DNA of 64,000 nt from Bacillota bacterium (GTDB taxonomy: Bacteria > Bacillota > Clostridia > Lachnospirales > Anaerotignaceae), in NCBI GenBank assembly GCA_019422105.1, contig JAHZDZ010000001.1, positions 3,491 to 67,490 of the forward strand. Reading direction: 5' to 3'. Positions within the stretch are counted from its first letter, which is position 1. Each line of letters starts with the position of its first letter. Below are positions 10,507 through 18,154 of this stretch, in pieces. The notes beneath the pieces were generated by a model that saw only the letters and a list, made by a program, of their open reading frames with translations, made no database searches and was not told the DNA's origin. The translations under genes were made by a program, and so were the position numbers.

Positions 10507-11229
10507 CTACTCTATCCCCTCATTCAAGGGAATATATTTTTCATCCTTCAGTTGAAACAGATCATTTCTGTTATAGCGTATTTTATATTTTTCAAAGGGA
10601 AGTCCCATAAAATCATAGAAACAGCTCAGTACAAGCTCCGCCTTCACGTTGCGGCTGCTGCCCGCTGCCAAAAACAGATACAGGCGTGCCTGTCCGTTTT
10701 CTGAAATATCCCTGATTTCAAAAATATCTTCGCGTATATCTGTTTCCAAAAAGTTGTGTTTTGTCTTTTTCATAACCTTGATTTCCTCCCTGTCCAAAAA
10801 GGACGGGAGAAACCTTTCAATCATTTCCGGCGTAACCCTGTCATCCAGTACCGCCTCATAGGAAGCCGCCTCCACAGAGGCCATGGCGTTTTTACAGCCC
10901 TCTCGCATTGCTGAGGCGGAAAGGACTTTAACTCCGTCGGGCAGCACGCTGTTCAATCCTTCCACAATCGCCTCCGGCGTTACCTCGCCGGCCATTTCAA
11001 AATCACCATACTCCCCCGTGCTGGTCATGCCTAGAGAAAGGGGATTGGCAAAAGCCATCTGCTGATGGGGGTTAAAACCCTTTGAATAGGCAATAGGCAA
11101 AGACGCCCTTTTGACAGCCCTCTGAAAAAGCCGCATGACATCCAAATGGCCGATATATTTAACCTCCGCACCCTTTGTAAATTTCACCCTATACTTCATA
11201 GCAAATACCTCCGCCAAAACATTTTGCAC
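10507..11229 (-). CDS. Radical-SAM-associated protein (TIGR03936 / DUF2344 family as I recall it)
   Basis: About 230 aa starting MKYRVKFTKG..KYIGHLD, immediately downstream of and overlapping the B12-binding radical SAM gene. The likely true start at 11199 overlaps the upstream stop by 11 nt. Confidence 0.65.
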   Translation of the reverse strand: MQNVLAEVFAMKYRVKFTKGAEVKYIGHLDVMRLFQRAVKRASLPIAYSKGFNPHQQMAFANPLSLGMTSTGEYGDFEMAGEVTPEAIVEGLNSVLPDGVKVLSASAMREGCKNAMASVEAASYEAVLDDRVTPEMIERFLPSFLDREEIKVMKKTKHNFLETDIREDIFEIRDISENGQARLYLFLAAGSSRNVKAELVLSCFYDFMGLPFEKYKIRYNRNDLFQLKDEKYIPLNEGIE

Positions 11230-13036
11230 CGCAGGAGGAGCATTCCTGACGACAGTTGGGCGTTACAATGCCCTCCTCCGCTCTCCGCCTCTCCCGTATA
11301 AAAAAGTCCTTGGAAACGCCTACAGAAATATGATCCCAGGGCAGTATCTCGTCAAAGCTTCTTTTGCGGTTTGCATAAAACGCAGGATCTGCGCCCGCAT
11401 TCTCAAAAGCCTGCATCCATTTGTCAAATACAAAAATATCGTTCCAGCCGTCAAATATACACCCAAGCTTCCACGCCTCATAGAGTACCCTTCCAATACG
11501 CCTGTCCCCTCTGGCCACAACACCCTCCAGAAAGCTCAGCTTTGCGTCATGGTAAGTAAATTTAATCTGCTTTCTGGAAATAGCCTTTTTCACCATTCTG
11601 CCCTTGCGCTCAAATTCCTCAAAGGTATCCTGCGCATCCCATTGAAACGGCGTAAAAGGCTTGGGAACAAAACAGGAGCTTGAAGCAGCTACTGTAAGAG
11701 GGCGTTTTCTCATCTCCTTTGGCATTTTATAGTACTCGTCCACAATTTTTGCCGTCAAATCCGCAATGCCCAGCAAGTCCTCCTCTGTCTCTGTGGGGAG
11801 TCCTATCATAAAATAGAGCTTTACCCTGTCCCAGCCGCCCCCAAAGGCCAGCTTACAGCCGCTTAATATTTCTTCCTCAGAGAGGTTTTTATTGATAACG
11901 TCCCGAAGCCTCTGGGTTCCCGCCTCCGGCGCAAATGTCAGAGAGCTTTTGCGCACCTCCTGTATCTTCTGCATCAAATCCAGAGAAAAGGCGTCTATTC
12001 TCAGGGAGGGCAGAGAAAGGTTTACCTCCTGGCCCTTGAATTCATCCAAAAGAGAATTGGCTAAAACAGGAAAACAGGTATAATCACTGGTGCTGAGGGA
12101 AATTAACGATATTTCCTCATGCCCTGAGGCCCCGACCAGCTTCTTTGCCTGTTCCAATAAAGTTTCCGCTGTTTTTTCTCTGACAGGGCGGTAGACAAAG
12201 CCTGCCTGACAAAAACGGCAGCCTCGGATACAGCCCCTGAAAAGCTCCAATGTAACCCTGTCATGTACAATATCTATGAGCGGCACAAGCTGTTCCTCAG
12301 GATAAAATACACTGTCCACATCCTTGACAATAACCTTTTTCAATACTCTTCTGGCATTTTTGTGAGTTGGGGCAAAGGATGCAATCTCTCCGGTTTCCTT
12401 ATATGTCACCTCATAAAACTTCGGTATATAAATACCGTCAAACTGCAATAAAGCCTCCAAAAATTCCTCTTTCGTTTTTCCGTCCTTTTTAAAGGCCTTA
12501 TACATATCCAAAATCTCATCGTATAAAACCTCTCCCTCGCCCAGATAAAAGAAATCCACAAAATCTGCCAAAGGTTCCGGGTTATAGGCACAGGAACCAC
12601 CGCATATGACAAGGGGATCCTCCTCAGAACGCTCAGAGGCATACAGTGGAATTCCTGCCAGACTCAGCATATTTAATATGTTGGTATAGCACATTTCATA
12701 CTGCAAAGTAAACGCAACAAAATCAAAATCACGGACCGGGGACTGTGTTTCCAGAGAAAAAAGAGGAATGTGATTCTCCCTCATTTGCCTGTCCATGTCA
12801 ATCCACGGCGCAAATACCCTTTCACAGTAGGTATCCTTACGCCTGTTCAAAAAGAAATAGAGTATCTGAAGGCCCAGATGGGACATTCCCACCTCGTAGA
12901 CATCCGGAAAGCAAAAAGCAAAGCGGATGTCCATATCCTCCGGATTCTTTTTTACCATGTTTATCTCATTGCCTGTATACCGTGCAGGCTTCTCCACCTG
13001 CATGAGTATCTCATCAGGTACAATATTTTTTATCAT
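11189..13036 (-). CDS. B12-binding-domain radical SAM protein (TIGR03960-like)
   Basis: 615 aa with cluster motif FRGCIRGCRFCQAG and an N-terminal Rossmann-like B12-binding region. Conserved partner of the DUF2344 gene and rng. Confidence 0.75.
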   Translation of the reverse strand: MIKNIVPDEILMQVEKPARYTGNEINMVKKNPEDMDIRFAFCFPDVYEVGMSHLGLQILYFFLNRRKDTYCERVFAPWIDMDRQMRENHIPLFSLETQSPVRDFDFVAFTLQYEMCYTNILNMLSLAGIPLYASERSEEDPLVICGGSCAYNPEPLADFVDFFYLGEGEVLYDEILDMYKAFKKDGKTKEEFLEALLQFDGIYIPKFYEVTYKETGEIASFAPTHKNARRVLKKVIVKDVDSVFYPEEQLVPLIDIVHDRVTLELFRGCIRGCRFCQAGFVYRPVREKTAETLLEQAKKLVGASGHEEISLISLSTSDYTCFPVLANSLLDEFKGQEVNLSLPSLRIDAFSLDLMQKIQEVRKSSLTFAPEAGTQRLRDVINKNLSEEEILSGCKLAFGGGWDRVKLYFMIGLPTETEEDLLGIADLTAKIVDEYYKMPKEMRKRPLTVAASSSCFVPKPFTPFQWDAQDTFEEFERKGRMVKKAISRKQIKFTYHDAKLSFLEGVVARGDRRIGRVLYEAWKLGCIFDGWNDIFVFDKWMQAFENAGADPAFYANRKRSFDEILPWDHISVGVSKDFFIRERRRAEEGIVTPNCRQECSSCGAKCFGGGICYEV

Positions 13037-13212
13037 GTGTTTTCCTCCAAAAATGAAATCATCTATATACTGCTCAATCCAGATAACATGTCATTTCTCC
13101 GTATCTGAAAATTTCTTTTATTATCATAACCTAAAAAAGGAAGAATTGCACGGAAAATATGTTTTTTCCTTTTCTCTGATGTCTTCGGGTATACACACTA
13201 TTTTGAAAAAGA

Positions 13213-13241
13213 CAAAAAAGAAGAGGAGATTTTCCTCCTCT
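13213..13241 (-). terminator. Rho-independent terminator (minus strand) with no annotated gene directly upstream
   Basis: Minus strand reads AGAGGAG-GAAAAT-CTCCTCT followed by TCTTTTTTGTCTTTTT. It lies 640 nt downstream of the spoIVFB-like stop. Confidence 0.65.
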
Positions 13242-13405
13242 CAGACTGTCATAAAACGATAGGAACGCATACTCGAACACCCGCAAGACTCTAAAAAACG
13301 CTCGGCCTGAATTTTGCGAAAGTTAAAACAACGCTTGATTTTCCAAGGAAAACGCAATTTTCCGTTACGGGTCAAGGGCGGGTCCTTGTGAAAGCTTGAG
13401 GGGGG

Positions 13406-13449
13406 CTGAACGTCCAGTGGTCGTTTTCTTCGCACCGACCGAAGCGGAG
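13406..13449 (-). repeat. 44-nt hairpin repeat unit, diverged copy
   Basis: The reverse complement aligns with the units at 16599..16642 and 16651..16694 (CTCCGCTTCGGTCGG.GC.AAG..AACG.CCAC.GGACGTTCAG). Confidence 0.75.
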
Positions 13450-13876
13450 CGGAGACGGGCCCTCGAAGTCTTGACTTTTTTGAAGTTGACAAAAGCATGA
13501 AAAGATTTGTTCCATCGGCTATCCTAAAAATATAGAAAAGGCAGTATTCTGCTGTACAAAAGCGGTTTCAGCGGCTAAATTTTTCCCCTTTTCAGTGTTT
13601 ATCTCCTTCAAAAAACTTGCTAAAGTATAAGGCATATCCTTACCTCCTTTGCTTGAAAGGCCCTCCTCTTCTCAGCCCTTCATTCAAAAAAGCCGCAGGG
13701 GATTCGCTCCGACTTTATAAAAACCGCATATTTACCTTGTTTACTGAAATTTTTTGCCCCGCTTATTACAAACAGTAAATGAATCAGGGCAAAACTCAAG
13801 GTTTAAACTGTTATCGACAGTCTGAACCAAACAAGGCATGACTTTTATTTTTCAATTTTCATGAAATGTCAACGTC

Positions 13877-14707
13877 CTACTCATTGAGCCTTTTATTGAC
13901 GCCATCCTCCATTGCCATCTTGAGTATCTCGCTCTGCGTTATTTTTAATACTCTGCTGTTCTTGCAGTAATACACCACATAGTAATAGTTGACGCTGAAA
14001 CGCTTTATCACGTCAATAACCCGCTCCCCCTCCGGCACCAATATTTTTTTAATTTTCATGCACTTATCAATTTTATTGTCCCCTACCCTCAAAAGATTAT
14101 TGTAAAAGCCCAGAGCAATTTTTGTATACTCCCGCCGGTTACAGTCTATGACATAAATTCCTATTATCAAAAGACTGATGTTAAATGGGTAAAGAACAGC
14201 CTGCACCATGCCCAGAAAAATCATGCAAAAACCAAAAAGCCTGCTTAGCTTCACCAAAAAAGAAGCTGTATGCAGTGTTCCGAATCTGTTTTCCAGCAAT
14301 ACGAGACTTATCCGTCCCCCATCCAGCGGAAATACTGGCAGAAGATTGAAAAAACCAATACAGAAATTTATCTGCGCCGCCGCTAAGGAAGTGCTGTCCT
14401 CTTGAAAAAAAGTTACCAGCACCAAACCCAGGGTAATATTGGACAACGGACCAAGTATAAGGATTAAAAAACGCTTGAAGGAGCTGAGACGCTCCATATC
14501 TCTGATAACCGCTTTCTGTCCTACAGGCGTAATCACGATTTGGGACAGCTTTGCGCCCAAAAGGAGCGCCGAGGCCATGTGCATCAGCTCATGAAGTGTT
14601 ACAAACAAAAACGCCAGAAACAGATACATACCGTACCCGTAAAAAAAGCAAAACACAAACAGGACATATACCAGAGGGTGTACCACAATTTTCTTTTTGC
14701 TATTCAT
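13877..14707 (-). CDS. spoIVFB: Site-2 protease, M50 family (SpoIVFB-like)
   Basis: HELMH zinc motif in a TM helix, NLLPVFPLDGGR motif and a C-terminal CBS-like region. The ORF track starts at 14749; the ATG at 14707 overlaps the upstream stop (ATGAATAG), which implies translational coupling. Confidence 0.8.
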   Translation of the reverse strand: MNSKKKIVVHPLVYVLFVFCFFYGYGMYLFLAFLFVTLHELMHMASALLLGAKLSQIVITPVGQKAVIRDMERLSSFKRFLILILGPLSNITLGLVLVTFFQEDSTSLAAAQINFCIGFFNLLPVFPLDGGRISLVLLENRFGTLHTASFLVKLSRLFGFCMIFLGMVQAVLYPFNISLLIIGIYVIDCNRREYTKIALGFYNNLLRVGDNKIDKCMKIKKILVPEGERVIDVIKRFSVNYYYVVYYCKNSRVLKITQSEILKMAMEDGVNKRLNE

Positions 14708-15155
14708 GGAACTGTACTCCCCTCGTCGCATATTCTTCCACCACTTCATCGGTGTATTTCAAATCTACAAACTGCATCGGGTCAATGAGCATCTCACCCT
14801 TCATAACCTTATAATGCATATGAGGGCCGGTTGACAGTCCCGTATTTCCCGTCTTGGCTATAATTTCCCCCTGCTTGACCTCATCCCCTACCTTCACAAG
14901 GGATTTGTTCAGATGGGCATAGGTTATTATAAATCCATCCTCAGTCTGAAAGGTCAAAAGGGTTCCCAATGTTTTGGAATTGCGAACCTCCGTCACAACG
15001 CCGCTTCTCACCGCTCTGGCGCCTGTATTTTCCGCTACGGCAATATCCAGCCCGTCATGCAGCTCCATCTTTTTCAGTATTGGGTTCTCGCGCAGTCCAC
15101 AGGAGGATGTAATAATACCATCCACAGGGTTTAGCCATGCCTCTTCCTTTTTCAC
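14700..15155 (-). CDS. M23 (LytM) peptidase domain; C-terminal part of a split SpoIVFA-like gene
   Basis: HDGLDIA (HxxxD) and GPHMHYKV (HxH) motifs. It has no signal peptide or TM helix of its own. Its frame stays open upstream to 15227 and overlaps the end of the 15182..15688 ORF. Confidence 0.7.
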   Translation of the reverse strand: MKKEEAWLNPVDGIITSSCGLRENPILKKMELHDGLDIAVAENTGARAVRSGVVTEVRNSKTLGTLLTFQTEDGFIITYAHLNKSLVKVGDEVKQGEIIAKTGNTGLSTGPHMHYKVMKGEMLIDPMQFVDLKYTDEVVEEYATRGVQFHE

Positions 15156-15181
15156 ATTCGTATATTCATCATCCTGGCTAA

Positions 15182-15688
15182 TCAGCTTTCCGGCAAAATC
15201 ACTTCTGGCGGCTGCATATTTTTTATCTCACTGTCATCCTGGACGCTGCCGTCCTCTATGTAGACATTGCCCTGTCCGCTGTCCCCCTGATTTTTTTTAT
15301 CTTCCTCGATTTGCTTTTTGCCGTCCTGCTCCTTTTTGTTCTTTTCTTTTTCTCCCTTTACGCCCGCCATGAAATCGGAAGCTTTTTCTCCTATTGTGTG
15401 AAAGGCTGCTACTGAGCTGTTTTTTATATCCGACAGGCTATCCATGCTGATTTGTGTTTGTACCGCTGTTTTCAGTCTTTCCTCTATGGCGTTAGTGAAA
15501 TCTGTTTCTATGGCTGTAACAGCCAAAACAATAGCTATCATAATAGCACTGACACAGGCCTGAAGTAGAAGCCTCTCTCTGTTCTCCCCTGCGTTTTCCT
15601 CCTCCCGCCGCCCGGAAGGTCTTCTGTCATAGCTTCGGCCGCGCTTACTGTTTTTTCTTATCCTCTTCAGTCTTGTCCTGTTATCCAT
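15182..15688 (-). CDS. Basic N-terminus plus a single TM helix; N-terminal part of the split SpoIVFA-like gene
   Basis: 168 aa: Arg/Lys-rich N-terminus, TM helix LLLQACVSAIMIAIVLAVTAI, then a charged linker. It ends 27 nt upstream of the M23-domain ORF start, in the frame offset by one. Confidence 0.6.
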   Translation of the reverse strand: MDNRTRLKRIRKNSKRGRSYDRRPSGRREEENAGENRERLLLQACVSAIMIAIVLAVTAIETDFTNAIEERLKTAVQTQISMDSLSDIKNSSVAAFHTIGEKASDFMAGVKGEKEKNKKEQDGKKQIEEDKKNQGDSGQGNVYIEDGSVQDDSEIKNMQPPEVILPES

Positions 15689-15782
15689 AGTAGCCCCGCT
15701 TTCTATCTTATTCGATATTACAAATATATGGAGGCTTGTAATATTTTATGCCCAAAAACAGTTCTCAGACAGTAAGGTTTAC

Positions 15783-15811
15783 TTGACAGGCATATCAATT
15801 GCTGTTATTCT
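15783..15811 (+). promoter_or_regulatory. Sigma-A-like promoter for the HTH-def operon
   Basis: TTGACA (15783-15788), 17-nt spacer, TATTCT (15806-15811). Confidence 0.45.
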
Positions 15812-15829
15812 TTTTAAAGTAAGGTAAAC

Positions 15830-16114
15830 ATGACACCGGGAGATGTATCTATGAAAAATATAGTAAAAAAGCTGCGTGAGGCAATGGGGCTTACACAGGA
15901 GGAATTGGGCAGAGAGGTTGGCACCTCGCGGCAGGCCATCAACGCTATTGAGACGGAAAAAAACGAACCCTCCATATGGCTCGCCCATGATATTGCCCTG
16001 TTTTTTGGCAAATCCATAGAGGAAGTATTTTTATTTGAGACAAGCGCCCGCAAATCAAGGGCGCAGATGAGCAGAGGGGGTTCCTATGGCTGTCAGGAAT
16101 ATCAGAAAATATAA
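15830..16114 (+). CDS. XRE-family helix-turn-helix transcriptional regulator
   Basis: LTQEELGREVGTSRQAINAIETEKNEPS HTH motif. The alternative start at 15851 gives MKNIVKK. The 3' end overlaps def by 29 nt. Confidence 0.8.
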   Translation: MTPGDVSMKNIVKKLREAMGLTQEELGREVGTSRQAINAIETEKNEPSIWLAHDIALFFGKSIEEVFLFETSARKSRAQMSRGGSYGCQEYQKI

Positions 16115-16538
16115 GGATGAAATATTGAAAAAGCGCTGTAAGGAAGTAGAAACCGTTGATGAAAAAATAAGGACGCTTTTAAACGATATGGCAGAAACAA
16201 TGTATCATAACAACGGCGGCGGGTTGGCCGCATGCCAAATCGGCATTTTAAAAAGGCTTATTGTAGTGGATATGGGAGAAGGGCTTTTTAAACTGGTCAA
16301 TCCTGTTATTGTAGCGGAAGAAGGACAACAGCTTGAAGTGGAGGGCTGTCTGAGTTATCCCGGTATTTGGGGCATCGTCAAACGTCCGTTAAAAGTAACA
16401 GTAGAGGCGCTGAATGAAAACGGGGAAAAAATTGTTCTTCACGGAAAAGGACCTATGGCAAAATGCTTATGCCATGAAATAGACCATCTCGACGGCATTA
16501 CCTTTACAAAAAAGGTAAAGGAATTCGTGGAGGTGTAA
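16086..16538 (+). CDS. def: Peptide deformylase
   Basis: GGGLAACQIG, EGCLSYPG and HEIDHLDG motifs; 150 aa. Confidence 0.92.
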   Translation: MAVRNIRKYKDEILKKRCKEVETVDEKIRTLLNDMAETMYHNNGGGLAACQIGILKRLIVVDMGEGLFKLVNPVIVAEEGQQLEVEGCLSYPGIWGIVKRPLKVTVEALNENGEKIVLHGKGPMAKCLCHEIDHLDGITFTKKVKEFVEV

Positions 16539-16598
16539 CTGTATAAAAGTTAATCAATATCTTAGGGACTCCGTCCTTTAAACCTGTAAGGGATTTGT

Positions 16599-16694
16599 CT
16601 CCGCTTCGGTCGGCGCTAAGCGAACGTCCACAGGACGTTCAGTCTCTCCGCTCCGCTTCGGTCGGCGCTAAGCGAACGTCCACAGGACGTTCAG
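16599..16694 (+). repeat. Two tandem 44-nt hairpin repeat units (period 52 nt)
   Basis: CTCCGCTTCGGTCGGCGCTAAGCGAACGTCCACAGGACGTTCAG occurs at 16599-16642 and identically at 16651-16694. Each unit contains the perfect hairpin GAACGTCC-ACA-GGACGTTC. Confidence 0.9.
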
Positions 16695-17014
16695 CGCCCC
16701 TTGAACCAAATGGACTATAAAAAGTTAAAACTTTGAACTCTGTCTACATCTGCAAGCCTTCCAAAAGATTTGACCGAAATTTTGCGCAAAAGGAAACAAA
16801 TCTATATTTTGCAAAGAAAACGCAGTTATCCGAAAAAGTTTTTATTCCGCTTTTTTCAAAAAGCGGATGGGTTTGGGCCAGGGATTCCCACAAACTTTAT
16901 TCGTGGGAAACCGGCTATGCCCAAGGTTTTATTGCGGCATCTTAATAAGTTTTTGCTTTTTTCAAAAAGCGAGTGTGCTTCGACTACAGCATTAAGGCAG
17001 GTGTTTCCCCTCTC

Positions 17015-18130
17015 TTACAGCAAATCTACATTTTCAAACTGCTCTGCCAAGAGCATATGCTCATAAATCTGGCCGATTATTGTGCTTTGCATATTGGCAA
17101 CCTCATACTGTGCCTGCTTCACCTCAAGCTCTGTCGCCATATTCAGTTCATATTTTTTCTTCGTCGTCTCATATTTTGTTTTCAATATTTCCAGCTGGCT
17201 CAGATTATTACTGTAGTTAGATTCCAGTGTCATAATCTCATTATAGCAGCTTCTGATGCTGTTTTTTAAAGCCTCCTTCGCATCCTTCAAAGAAAGGCTG
17301 GCGTTTGTCACACTGTTTTCCAATGATGCGTAAGACGCTGAACCGTTGGCATAAAACATATCCAGCTGCTTTTCCGCCAACTCCAGATTGTTCTCCTTCT
17401 GCTTAATATTTGTACTGCTCGTAAGCTTTCTTGTGATATAGCTGTCAATGGAAGTATCCATCTGAAGAGGGGTAAAGTCCTCCTCCAAAACCAGCTTATA
17501 TCTTTTATCGGAATTTTCCCCAATCAATACATTGAAGGAAGCATATGCCTCTTCCAATGACTTTTCCTTTTCCGAAAGAGCTGCCTTACTCTTTAGATAA
17601 GACAACTCGCTCTCCGAAAGCTCCTGGGAGGAGATCATCCCAAGAGTCGCCTTTTTACGGCTGATAACCAGCTCTGCCTCGTCATTTTTTAATGCCATCT
17701 CCTCCAAAGCTAAGCTTCTCTCCGCATTTAAAAGCGTCACATAAGCACTTTTCATGGAATTTTCCACTGACGCCTTCTGCTGTTCATAGTTCATCAGAGA
17801 GTTGGCACGGTTAATATCGTATTTGATGATAGACAAAAGCTCCGAAAAGCCATCTGTTCCTTTATAAATAAAGTCGTTATATAAATCATCCCTCTCGTCC
17901 TCATTTAATTCCAGCTCCGCATTTGTCATTTTCAGATTCGTATTGTTTTTCAGCGCCTTTTCTATGGCAGTGTCCAGTGTGAGAACCTCCGTCTCACTGT
18001 TTTCCTGTATGCCCATAACGCTGTTAAATTCCTCATAATAGGCAGCACTTGCCGTCTCACCAGCCAAAGCAGGTGTAGCTTGCGCCGCAACGCTTAATAT
18101 CAACAGTATCGCCGCCGCTCTTTTTATCAT
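17015..18130 (-). CDS. Secreted TolC/outer-membrane-efflux-protein (OEP)-like coiled-coil protein
   Basis: Signal peptide MIKRAAAILLILSVAAQATPALA. LTLDTAIEKALKNNTNLK matches the typical OEP N-terminal motif, and there are two long helical repeats. It is the last gene of the efflux/TCS cluster. Confidence 0.6.
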   Translation of the reverse strand: MIKRAAAILLILSVAAQATPALAGETASAAYYEEFNSVMGIQENSETEVLTLDTAIEKALKNNTNLKMTNAELELNEDERDDLYNDFIYKGTDGFSELLSIIKYDINRANSLMNYEQQKASVENSMKSAYVTLLNAERSLALEEMALKNDEAELVISRKKATLGMISSQELSESELSYLKSKAALSEKEKSLEEAYASFNVLIGENSDKRYKLVLEEDFTPLQMDTSIDSYITRKLTSSTNIKQKENNLELAEKQLDMFYANGSASYASLENSVTNASLSLKDAKEALKNSIRSCYNEIMTLESNYSNNLSQLEILKTKYETTKKKYELNMATELEVKQAQYEVANMQSTIIGQIYEHMLLAEQFENVDLL

Positions 18131-18154
18131 ATCTCTATATCCTCCTTAAAAATC

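Noticed and set aside
16599-16694. CRISPR array
   Set aside because: There are only two repeat units separated by 8 nt, with no spacer-sized unique sequences and no cas genes in the window.
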